Shown piece by piece: positions 8,765 to 16,431 of a stretch of DNA of 24,000 bases; position 1 is the stretch's first letter, and every line of letters starts with the position of its first letter. The translations under genes were made by a program, and so were the position numbers. Source of the stretch: an uncultured Bacteroidota bacterium (GTDB lineage: Bacteria; Bacteroidota; Bacteroidia; Chitinophagales; S012-47); assembly GCA_913062655.1 (NCBI GenBank), contig CAJXXO010000004.1:8346-32345 (forward strand). The letters run 5' to 3'. The notes below the pieces were generated by a model, which ran no database searches, was not told where the DNA came from, and saw only the letters and a program-made list of their open reading frames with translations.

Positions 8765-9888
8765 TCCAGCAATCGCTTTTCCCATTGCACCCCGCGTGCT
8801 TCCAGGTGCTGGAAGACAAATGGCAGCACCTCCGGATCTTTAGCAAGGAGCTCACCCGGCAAGATGCCCGTGTCTTCCACCTTACCGCTGGCCAACCAAC
8901 GTACGGCAGCCGTGCAAGTAAAACCCGTGGTACGAGCCATAGAGCTTAGCCCCGTCTCGGGATCGCGATAATCTAACAGGTCGTACTCATACGTGACGGA
9001 CTTCCCTTTGTCTACACCCTGTATCATTACGCGCATAACGGTAAACTCTTTTTCATCATCCTCTAATTGCCACTGTGGAAGTAGTAGTTTTTCCGTAAGG
9101 TCAATAGGCGCAATCGATTGCCCATTCACGTCCACCGGCTCAGTATCAAAATAGCCGGTATGGCGCATGGCTTCCATCAATTCAACATGTCCAGGATAGC
9201 GCAGTGTTTTTTCAATCATTTCGCGTACATCCAATGTGAAAAGTAAGGTGCGTAAGCCATCCGTATTGAAGGCTTCCAGCTCTCCAATGGTATCAAAGTG
9301 CAGTCGTTCTCTTTCTGATAGTGCAGGTAGGGTTATTATCTTGCCATGTCGTTTAATACGAGCTGGACGGGTGTATTCTTCGATCACATCTATCGGGCTG
9401 AAAGGCGCCTTGTACGCATACGGCCATTTGCGCTCTACCGGCAATCCACCTACATAGCAGACAAAGGATTCTACCTGCATGCCCATGGCATAATGGTGCC
9501 CCAAGATCAGATTGCTCATGCCGGGGGCCACCCCAATATCTACTATGGCCGGTACCCGTTGCTTCTTGGCCAGCGAATCAAGGTTGAGCACATCCTCTGG
9601 GCAAAACGAAATATCAACCAACGGCTTGCCGGCTTCAATGACGCTCTGTACCATTTGATAGCCCAGTGAACCCGGAATAGCCCCTACTACAATATCAAAA
9701 TCTTTTACCAACTCCCGGATAGCATTCGGGTCGGCCAGGTCTGTATGCTGTGTCGGTACTTTACATTGTGAACCAAGATGATGGAGGTGTTCATCGTCAA
9801 TATCGGCAATAGTTAGATCAAAGTCGGCTGACAGATCGTGGGTAATGGCCTGCGCCATACGGCCGGCTCCCAGGAGAATGATGCGCAT
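8761..9888 (-). CDS. saccharopine dehydrogenase family NAD(P)-binding protein
   Basis: The N-terminal Rossmann MRIILLGAGRMAQAIT and overall length and pattern (..VDISF..; ..FNTDGL..; YPGH..; ..MARTTG..) are typical of the saccharopine/homospermidine/carboxynorspermidine dehydrogenase family. ATG at 9888 is preferred to the TTG at 9894. Confidence 0.75.
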   Translation of the reverse strand: MRIILLGAGRMAQAITHDLSADFDLTIADIDDEHLHHLGSQCKVPTQHTDLADPNAIRELVKDFDIVVGAIPGSLGYQMVQSVIEAGKPLVDISFCPEDVLNLDSLAKKQRVPAIVDIGVAPGMSNLILGHHYAMGMQVESFVCYVGGLPVERKWPYAYKAPFSPIDVIEEYTRPARIKRHGKIITLPALSERERLHFDTIGELEAFNTDGLRTLLFTLDVREMIEKTLRYPGHVELMEAMRHTGYFDTEPVDVNGQSIAPIDLTEKLLLPQWQLEDDEKEFTVMRVMIQGVDKGKSVTYEYDLLDYRDPETGLSSMARTTGFTCTAAVRWLASGKVEDTGILPGELLAKDPEVLPFVFQHLEARGVQWEKRLLD

Positions 9889-9921
9889 AAGCAACGAATT
9901 AAAGGATTTTGCGTAAACTGC

Positions 9922-10632
9922 ATGGCAATTAACGCCATGAAAATAGAAATTCTGCTCTGCTTGTGGATGGGATTCTTCGGAACGGTGATCGCTCAGGATG
10001 GACCGCTTACCCCGACCGATGAAAAGGCCAAAGTATGGCTCCAGTTTAACTCATCTGAGGGCGATCCTCTCCGCGATGAACTGCTAGTCTTTACCGGGAA
10101 AACCACCGCGTATACCGATTCTTGCATTACGGATTTCAAGGGACAATGCCGTTTTCTGATTCCGGAGGGGGCGTCCTACTGGATCCGCATCGAAGGGGTA
10201 CGCGCAGATAGCCAGTTTCATGAGTTGGTAGTACCCGATATGCCTGGCTCACAGGAAATCGATGTGTTTTTGGAATATGCACCGCCTCCTTTTATTGTGC
10301 TGGAGCATGTGTACTTTGATACGGATTCGGCTGCCCTACGACCCGAATCCTTTCCTGAGCTGGACCGGTTGGCTACCTACCTGAAACGAAAAAAGAACCT
10401 TCGGGCCGAAATACAGGGCCATACGGATAATCAGGGCTCGCGGGCACACAATGCTACCCTCAGCCGCAACCGGGCAGTGGCCGTACTTCGGTACCTGGTT
10501 GCCCAGGGAATAGACTTCAGACGGTTGTCTGCAAAAGGCTACGGCCCTGACCAGCCAAAAGCTTCGAATGAAACGGCTTCTGGCCGGCAACTGAACAGGC
10601 GGGTGGAGGTTCATTTTACGGAAGCCTATTAA
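9922..10632 (+). CDS. OmpA-family peptidoglycan-associated protein with an N-terminal beta-sandwich-like domain
   Basis: The C-terminal OmpA_C domain reads FDTDSAALRPES..L..LA.YL..LRAEIQGHTDNQGSRAHNATLSRNRAVAV..YL...GI....L.AKGYG...P.A.N....GR..NRRVE. The signal peptide is MKIEILLCLWMGFFGTVIAQ. The start is ATG 9922 or, equally plausibly, ATG 9937. The ORF-track start at 9838 overlaps the divergent gene. Confidence 0.85.
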   Translation: MAINAMKIEILLCLWMGFFGTVIAQDGPLTPTDEKAKVWLQFNSSEGDPLRDELLVFTGKTTAYTDSCITDFKGQCRFLIPEGASYWIRIEGVRADSQFHELVVPDMPGSQEIDVFLEYAPPPFIVLEHVYFDTDSAALRPESFPELDRLATYLKRKKNLRAEIQGHTDNQGSRAHNATLSRNRAVAVLRYLVAQGIDFRRLSAKGYGPDQPKASNETASGRQLNRRVEVHFTEAY

Positions 10633-11318
10633 AACAAGGCACCTTGTTCGCCCCCGGCAAGGGGCTCGATCAGGTCAGGTTCGTCATTAGCGGCCTTATT
10701 CACGCGGTCGCTCACCTTATACCGTTCCATATCCGTTGCGGGAAAGGGTTGCAGTAGCTGCAGTACATCTTTCAGTGGCAGGTCATGTGAGAGCCATTCC
10801 CGCTCCTGGGCTTCTGGCAGAATGGCCGGCATCCTGTCGTGAATAGGCGCTACCAATGCGTTGGCGTTTACGGTAATGATGCTAAAGGTACGAATGGGAC
10901 GTTCCTCTGCATCTTTCCACTCACTCCAGATGCCTGCCATGGCAAAGGGGGCAAATTGGTGTAAGCCAATTCTATACGGTTGTTTGGTCTTTTTATCCAC
11001 GCGTTCCCATTCGTAGAAGCTATCAGCAATGACCAGGCAGCGCTGCCGCTTGACCGGATGCTTAAAAGCCGATTTTTCCAGCAATGTCTCTGCACGGGCG
11101 TTGATCATCTTGTACCCGATCTTGGGATCTTTAGCCCAAAAAGGAAGTAACCCCCAACGATGGTACGAAAGCGTATCAGGTGCTTCATCGGTGATGAGTG
11201 GGAGGGTTTGGCCCGGAGCAGCATTGAAGTGCTGTCGAAATTGACTGGCGTCAAATTCCACATGAAAGCGATTCTTGACTTGCACAGCAGGTAGGGCTAA
11301 TGTATACCGTCCACACAT
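10629..11318 (-). CDS. SOS response-associated peptidase (SRAP/YedK/HMCES family, abasic-site processing protein)
   Basis: It has the invariant N-terminus MCGRY (catalytic Cys2). SRAP blocks are present (..NARAE(T)..; ..RCL(V)..ADSFYEW..; ..FA(M)AG(I)W..; ..(F)SI(I)T..AN....IH(D)RMP(A)IL). Confidence 0.9.
   Translation of the reverse strand: MCGRYTLALPAVQVKNRFHVEFDASQFRQHFNAAPGQTLPLITDEAPDTLSYHRWGLLPFWAKDPKIGYKMINARAETLLEKSAFKHPVKRQRCLVIADSFYEWERVDKKTKQPYRIGLHQFAPFAMAGIWSEWKDAEERPIRTFSIITVNANALVAPIHDRMPAILPEAQEREWLSHDLPLKDVLQLLQPFPATDMERYKVSDRVNKAANDEPDLIEPLAGGEQGALF
10633..10648. terminator. short hairpin at the OmpA/SRAP convergent junction (possible bidirectional terminator)
   Basis: AACAAGG-CA-CCTTGTT begins 1 nt after the OmpA stop and lies inside the last codons of the SRAP gene. 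On the minus strand it runs into TTTT-AA. The stem is short (6-7 bp) and could arise by chance. Confidence 0.2.
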
Positions 11319-11320
11319 GC

Positions 11321-11857
11321 TTATGAGTTTGGTTGAAAGGTAGTCAATGTTTCATACTGTGCGCCCTGAGGAGTAAGGTGAGAGCGATAGAGTACCAATC
11401 TTTCGCAGTACAAGGGAGGTAATGTCCACTCTGGCCACTCGATGGGGTACACCCGCTCTTTGGTTTTGATCCGTGCCAGGGTGAGGTGAGGGGTCACTTT
11501 GGGTTGTACCGGGGGAAGGGCGACCATTTTTGCTACTTGCTGGTGAAGTTGGTGATACAAAGTGTTGAGGCGATCCTCCGGTTCGTATTGCGCCCAGACC
11601 ATACTGGCGGCACCTTGCCGCTTGATTGTGCGAAACCGTTGAAAGGCCAGCGAAAAGGCCGTGAAAGTCGGCTGCAGCGTAGCTTGCAACGTGGGCCAGT
11701 CTGCGTCTTTTACCTCCCCGATAAACAAAACCGTGAGGTGCCAATTGTCCGAGGGCACCCATCGAAAACCGGCAGAAGGATGCAGTACCTCTTGTTGCCA
11801 GGCTTGCAAAAGAGTGCTCGTTTCCTGCGATACAGGAAAACCCAAAAATAATCGCAT
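11321..11857 (-). CDS. thpR: RNA 2',3'-cyclic phosphodiesterase (2H phosphoesterase, LigT/ThpR family)
   Basis: Two H-x-T-x motifs sit at the expected spacing (WHLTVLFIG and PHLTLARI). Size is about 178 aa. Confidence 0.8.
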   Translation of the reverse strand: MRLFLGFPVSQETSTLLQAWQQEVLHPSAGFRWVPSDNWHLTVLFIGEVKDADWPTLQATLQPTFTAFSLAFQRFRTIKRQGAASMVWAQYEPEDRLNTLYHQLHQQVAKMVALPPVQPKVTPHLTLARIKTKERVYPIEWPEWTLPPLYCERLVLYRSHLTPQGAQYETLTTFQPNS

Positions 11858-11860
11858 GAA

Positions 11861-12142
11861 TCAATAATGGATCTGAAAGGTGCTGTAGCCGGTTGTCTCT
11901 CCGTCAAAACTAACATCCACATCTTCTACCCGAGCACTGGAGGGACCGAGCTGACACCATTCAACAAATTGATTGACGGCATCGTCAGTGCCTTCTACCT
12001 CTATGTAAACAACCCCATTTTCGAGATTCTTTACATAACCGGTAACACCAAGCTGACGGGCTTTTTGCTGTGCACTGGCTCGATAATAGACGCCTTGCAC
12101 TTTGCCGTGAACGTGCAATACTGCTTTTTGGAGGGTTGCCAT
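11861..12142 (-). CDS. acyP: acylphosphatase
   Basis: A 93-aa protein with the phosphate-binding cradle V.G.VQGV.YR (VHGKVQGVYYRASAQQKA) and GYV.N...G.V motifs. Confidence 0.85.
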   Translation of the reverse strand: MATLQKAVLHVHGKVQGVYYRASAQQKARQLGVTGYVKNLENGVVYIEVEGTDDAVNQFVEWCQLGPSSARVEDVDVSFDGETTGYSTFQIHY

Positions 12143-12181
12143 AGTCGAATCGCCTTTCTGGTGGTGAATGGCTTCGCTATG

Positions 12182-13192
12182 CTAGAACTTCGGACACTGG
12201 TTTACTCGTTTTTTGGCCTCAATACAGCCATTATACGACAGCGACAACTCAAAACCACCCCGGCTTTGATTCGCTTGTGCAGCATCTGAAATGGTTATAT
12301 CATAGCTAAAACCTAATAGCAAACTGCTGAACTCTACCCCTACCAATGCAATAATCGCATCAGAATTGCCCGGTGTGGCGTCATCACCGATCGCTCCGGC
12401 ATACCGATGCCACAATCCGAAGTATAAGGCTGATTCATCTGTATGGTATCCAAAGCTGGCACCGGCATTGATCTGCTGGGCAGGGCCTTGCTGCATGAAC
12501 AGCACAGAAGGGGATAAAGAATAGTAGTCACCCAATTCCGTGGTGAATCCACCATGCACCACCAATCGAGGTGGAAGGAATACTTCTTCCTGCAACAACG
12601 AAGTATTTGGCTCCAACGCATGGTAGTACGCACCACCCAGGTTGAAGCTAAACCCATCCAAAACCGTACTCCAATGCATGCCCAGGTTCAGGTCTGCATA
12701 TTGCACGGGCTCGTAGGCTTCTCCACTAACAGAACCGGCAATCACACCATTGGGCCCGATTTGATTCGGGAACACAAGGTTCACCATGTCCACGCTGCTA
12801 TTGACAAAAGCACCCTGAAAGCCGGCCGACAGAAAACTGCTTTCACCTACACGCTGGTGGTAAGCCAGGGATAGTCCAAGTGTCGTATTGGTTAGGTTGC
12901 CATCACCAGAGCGGTCATTGAAGCCTAACACACCTACCCCCAGCGAGCTACCATTAAATTTTTCGCGGAACAAAGCCGCATCAAAGGCAGCCGAATAGGT
13001 AACATAGGGAGCCGGTACGGCATTCCACTGGTTTCGGTAGTTAATTGCCGCACGGTAGGTGCATTCCAGTTTTCCTGTCAAAGCAGGATTTAAGGTAAGC
13101 GGTGAGGCATTGAATTGAGAAAAGTGTATATCCTGTGCTTTTACCGAAATAAAAGCCAGGGCTGCTAGTAGAATGGTTAACAGTCTTTTCAT
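12182..13192 (-). CDS. type IX secretion system membrane protein, PorP/SprF family
   Basis: Signal peptide MKRLLTILLAALAFISVKAQ followed by the family hallmark DIHFSQFNASPLTLNPALTG and ..YRNQW... A beta-barrel-like alternating pattern runs to a C-terminal F. ATG at 13192 is preferred to the GTG at 13198. Confidence 0.85.
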   Translation of the reverse strand: MKRLLTILLAALAFISVKAQDIHFSQFNASPLTLNPALTGKLECTYRAAINYRNQWNAVPAPYVTYSAAFDAALFREKFNGSSLGVGVLGFNDRSGDGNLTNTTLGLSLAYHQRVGESSFLSAGFQGAFVNSSVDMVNLVFPNQIGPNGVIAGSVSGEAYEPVQYADLNLGMHWSTVLDGFSFNLGGAYYHALEPNTSLLQEEVFLPPRLVVHGGFTTELGDYYSLSPSVLFMQQGPAQQINAGASFGYHTDESALYFGLWHRYAGAIGDDATPGNSDAIIALVGVEFSSLLLGFSYDITISDAAQANQSRGGFELSLSYNGCIEAKKRVNQCPKF

Positions 13193-13236
13193 GTTCACAG
13201 GTTACTACAAAATATGGGGAACAGCTATAACTCCCT

Positions 13237-13244
13237 CAAATCTA
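13237..13244 (-). promoter_or_regulatory. candidate -7 promoter box (TAGATTTG on the minus strand) for the PorP/SprF gene
   Basis: Exact TAnnTTTG match 45 nt upstream of ATG 13192, in the 132-nt spacer between upp and the porP/sprF-like gene. Confidence 0.35.
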
Positions 13245-13330
13245 AAGGTTTCCGAAAAAAAGCACAATAGATAACCCCTGATTGCGCGCTTCCGTTCGGA
13301 AAGTTAAGATAATGAAAGCGTAAAATTGAA

Positions 13331-13981
13331 TTAAGACTGCATTTTTGCGCCAAATGCCAGGTCGCCTGCATCGCCCAGTCCGGGTACGATATAAGATTTG
13401 TCATTCAGCTCCGGATCGATGGCGCCTGCCCAAATATGGGCTTCCGGCACTTCATGTTCCATTTTCTCAATACCCACCTGCGAGGCAATGGCACAGACGA
13501 GATGTATGGCTTTGGGTGTTCCGATTCGCTGTAGTGCTTTGATGGTTAGCGCCATAGAGCTACCTGTGGCAAGCATCGGGTCGGCAATGATTAGGATACG
13601 GTCTTCAATAGGTGGACAAGAGAGGTATTCCAATTCTATGACAAAATTGCCGGCATCATCGTGCTTTCGGTAGGCGGATATGAAAGCATTGTCAGCTTGG
13701 TCGAACACCTCCAACAACCCGGTGTGCATGGGCATGCCAGCCCGCAAAATATTGGCAATAAGGGGCTGCTCCGCCATTACATGCGCCTCAGTAGAGGTAA
13801 GGGGGGTTTGTATTCGCTTGGAGGTATACGGCAGATACTTGCTGATTTCGTACCCGGCAATAGCGGCAATACGCTCCAGGTTTCTGCGAAACCGCATGCG
13901 ATCACCTTGCACGGAGATATCGCGCAGTTCAGCTACATACTGCTGAATCAAAGAGGGCCCTTCACTGAGGTTGTGTACCAT
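13331..13981 (-). CDS. upp: uracil phosphoribosyltransferase
   Basis: PRPP loop ILIIADPMLATGSSM and the C-terminal uracil-binding motif YIVPGLGDAGDLAFG. ATG at 13981 (MVHNLSE..) gives the normal length of about 216 aa. The longer ORF (14062) would overlap the upstream gene. Confidence 0.9.
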   Translation of the reverse strand: MVHNLSEGPSLIQQYVAELRDISVQGDRMRFRRNLERIAAIAGYEISKYLPYTSKRIQTPLTSTEAHVMAEQPLIANILRAGMPMHTGLLEVFDQADNAFISAYRKHDDAGNFVIELEYLSCPPIEDRILIIADPMLATGSSMALTIKALQRIGTPKAIHLVCAIASQVGIEKMEHEVPEAHIWAGAIDPELNDKSYIVPGLGDAGDLAFGAKMQS

Positions 13982-14007
13982 GCCGATGGGTTTTCGCGCA
14001 AAGGTAA

Positions 14008-15312
14008 TTATTGGAGCGCGTACTGTACGATCTGTTCGTAGGGCTTTCGCCACCCTTTCCACTCAAAGGTCTCGCTAAAGGAATTGTTGTGCCACAGCGT
14101 ATAAAGTGTGCCGTTTACCTCTTTCACCCTGTCGATAATGGGCTTGGCCGCCTCCAGTACCTCGCGCGGTTTGTTTTTGTTGTAATACTGATAGACGGAG
14201 TCCATTAGGGCAAAGGGGTGCAGCATCAGATGTGTTTTATTCTCCAGGTGCAGGTTGTAGAAGTAAAAGGGGGTGCAGATGCCGGCTCTAAAACCGGCAT
14301 GACTGGTATACCCAAGGGTGTAGTCATGTTCAATATCCAGATCGATCAGGTGCTGATAAGTGCCCGGTAGTTGCAGCTTCAGGTAATGCTGGCGGCTACG
14401 GGTAATGGGCCGCTTGGTAATCTCCTCGATGCTCTCTTTTTCTTGTGCCACCTGCCCTTTGTCCTTATTCGATCCGTAGGAAGGGTGCACCCCTACTGCC
14501 GCATAGTCCGATACATGCTTGATCAATCGCTGGTAGGCCGGCTCGTGGATAGAAATATTTTTATCGTACTGATCGTACTGTCCCACCAGGAAAAAATAAA
14601 TGGGCTCGAGTTCAAAGTCACGCTGCAATTGTTTCAGGTAATCGAAGGTGTAATAGGGGTCCTGCGACAGGTGGAGTAACGTGGCAGTGCGTTGTACCAC
14701 GTCCTTTAGGTTAAGAGTGAGCAATCCTTTGGCAAAGCCGCCCAGCGTGCGCAGCAGTCCTTTGTGTTGATAGGCCCACGCAATATCAATATCGTAGGTG
14801 GGTACGAAGCGGTATTGCGGTGGAGAAAAGGTTAGGTTGGGGAAGGTGTCGTGCAGTAATTCTTGCAGTGCCATCGCCCAATAGTTGACTACCGGCTGAT
14901 CGAGGAAGTCCTCCTTAAAAGCCAGGCTCTGCTCCGCTGAGAATCGACCATGGTCATCTTTGATGTAGGGAAGGTACTCCTCATAGCGACTTACCAGATA
15001 GAATGTAGCAGCAAAAAGATCAAATGGGAGTGCGCTTTCCTGGTGAACAGCAAAGAAAGCTTTTGTGCCTGCATAGGGAAATACCTTTATGTCTTGCTCC
15101 TTGGTGCCACGTTCGAATAGCAAAGCGTGAGCGGCAATCCACAATGGCGCCTCCATTGACTTTTGGGTGTAGGCGATTTTTGCCCCCAAGTGTTCCTGCC
15201 ACTCTTCCAGGGAGTCAGTAAGCTTGCTGTCTACACCTAGCAACTGGTGAAAGACCAGATCGAATGTATACCGAACCCGCTCTGTGATTTTCGTGGTGTA
15301 AATGAATAGCAT
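14008..15312 (-). CDS. conserved uncharacterised protein, probably a divergent polysaccharide-deacetylase (CE4/NodB-like) fold with an N-terminal domain of unknown function
   Basis: The N-terminus MLFIYTTKITERVRYTFDLVF resembles a Bacteroidota family often annotated 'polysaccharide deacetylase family protein'. Candidate degenerate NodB motifs seen by eye are TYDIDIA (cf. TFDDG), VGVHPSYGS, SRQHYLKL (cf. RxPY) and YTLWHNN (cf. LxH). The assignment is tentative. Confidence 0.5.
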   Translation of the reverse strand: MLFIYTTKITERVRYTFDLVFHQLLGVDSKLTDSLEEWQEHLGAKIAYTQKSMEAPLWIAAHALLFERGTKEQDIKVFPYAGTKAFFAVHQESALPFDLFAATFYLVSRYEEYLPYIKDDHGRFSAEQSLAFKEDFLDQPVVNYWAMALQELLHDTFPNLTFSPPQYRFVPTYDIDIAWAYQHKGLLRTLGGFAKGLLTLNLKDVVQRTATLLHLSQDPYYTFDYLKQLQRDFELEPIYFFLVGQYDQYDKNISIHEPAYQRLIKHVSDYAAVGVHPSYGSNKDKGQVAQEKESIEEITKRPITRSRQHYLKLQLPGTYQHLIDLDIEHDYTLGYTSHAGFRAGICTPFYFYNLHLENKTHLMLHPFALMDSVYQYYNKNKPREVLEAAKPIIDRVKEVNGTLYTLWHNNSFSETFEWKGWRKPYEQIVQYALQ

Positions 15313-15314
15313 GA

Positions 15315-15995
15315 TCAGTCCGTAAATGCGCTACCAGTCAGATAATGTTTACGCAATAGCGGACTGATGCGGTAGCGCTCATCACCCGTATCCCGGTGTA
15401 ACGCCTCCAATGCTCGATGTACCACATCGACCCCGATGGCATCGGCCCAGGCGAGGGGGCCTCTCGGATAATTGGTGCCCAGGCGCATGCCGAGATCTAT
15501 GTCTTGCATAGATGCGGTGCCCTCCTGGTGGGTGTAGCACGCTTCGTTGATAAGCATGAGCAGTATGCGTGGTGTTACCATACCCACCCGGTCGGCTACC
15601 CATTGTACCTCGCGCCCCAACAGGCGGCCAACTTCTTCGCCTTTGGGCTTGTCTGCTTCGTCTAGCACACTGCATTCCATCACCGGCCGGTCGATAAAGG
15701 TAGGCAGCGTATTCCATCCCACCAGCGTGACCGGGGCGGGCTTGCCATACTGATGCACCGCCTGGGCTAAAGACTGTATTACACTTCCGGCTACCAGAAT
15801 GGCTCCTTTTGCTTTGCTGTAATAGGTCAGTCGGTTGGGCGCCTGGTCAAATGACAGGTCAAAAATCAATTTGAAGTTGGGAATAGCAAAGGCCATCTCC
15901 TCTATGTCATGCCCTATCGTGGGGTCGGCATCTGCCGGGAGGAGGGCTTCAAATTCAGCCGTTTGCTTGGGGGAACCTATTATTAATACTTTCAT
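15315..15995 (-). CDS. 3-hydroxyacyl-CoA dehydrogenase-like protein with a shortened, degenerate NAD-binding domain
   Basis: The C-terminal half matches the 3HCDH_C pattern (GMVTPRILLMLINEACYTHQEGTASMQDIDLGMRLGTNYPRGPLAWADAIGVDVV..L....GDERYR.SPLL). The N-terminus MKVLIIGSPKQT lacks GxGxxG. The 'HFFNP' catalytic motif position reads WNTLP. Confidence 0.65.
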   Translation of the reverse strand: MKVLIIGSPKQTAEFEALLPADADPTIGHDIEEMAFAIPNFKLIFDLSFDQAPNRLTYYSKAKGAILVAGSVIQSLAQAVHQYGKPAPVTLVGWNTLPTFIDRPVMECSVLDEADKPKGEEVGRLLGREVQWVADRVGMVTPRILLMLINEACYTHQEGTASMQDIDLGMRLGTNYPRGPLAWADAIGVDVVHRALEALHRDTGDERYRISPLLRKHYLTGSAFTD

Positions 15996-16044
15996 GGCAA
16001 AGCCTTAATTTTCGTGGTCTAAGTTACTAAAGGACGTGCACCCT

Positions 16045-16431
16045 ATGGCAAAAACAATCATCGAAACCCCGAACGCTCCCGCCCCAATCGGCCCCTATTC
16101 ACAAGCGGTACGGGTGGGCGACACCGTGTATATCTCCGGGCAGATTGCCCTGGATCCGGCAACCGGAGTACTGGAGACCAATAACCTGGAAGCGGAAACC
16201 CACCGGGTAATGAAAAATCTGGGCGCTATCTTGCAGGCGGCAGGATTGGATTATACACATGTCGTTAAGTGTAGCATTTTTCTATCAGACATGGGAAGTT
16301 TTAGCCGGGTGAATGCCGTGTATGGCGACTATTTCGGTACGCAGCCACCCGCCAGGGAAACCGTAGAGGTCAGCGTTCTGCCGAAGCAGGTGAATGTGGA
16401 GATTTCTGCCATAGCCGTTGCCACAGCCTAG
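16045..16431 (+). CDS. ridA: RidA family protein (reactive enamine/imine deaminase, YjgF/YER057c/UK114)
   Basis: AP.PIGPYSQAV..GD.VYISGQIALDP.TG.. then CSIFL.DM..F..VN.VY..YF....PAR..VEV..LP....VEI..IA. ATG at 16045 is preferred to the GTG at 16036. Confidence 0.9.
   Translation: MAKTIIETPNAPAPIGPYSQAVRVGDTVYISGQIALDPATGVLETNNLEAETHRVMKNLGAILQAAGLDYTHVVKCSIFLSDMGSFSRVNAVYGDYFGTQPPARETVEVSVLPKQVNVEISAIAVATA

Noticed and set aside
8799-8815. A perfect 7-bp stem / 3-nt loop hairpin (CTTCCAG-GTG-CTGGAAG) about 35 nt downstream of the BCCP stop, inside the saccharopine DH gene.
   Set aside because: It has no T-tract. Several hairpins of this size are expected by chance in 24 kb, so this is not enough to call a terminator.
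11352-11864. A 170-aa ORF on the same strand as thpR but in another frame, overlapping almost the whole gene.
   Set aside because: Its translation is R/G/S/A-rich with no motifs, typical of an off-frame read. The other frame carries both HxT motifs of 2H phosphoesterases.
13290-13301. A small inverted repeat TTCCG-TT-CGGAA downstream of the upp stop.
   Set aside because: It has a 5-bp stem, a 2-nt loop and no U-tract on the minus strand, so it is too weak to call a terminator.
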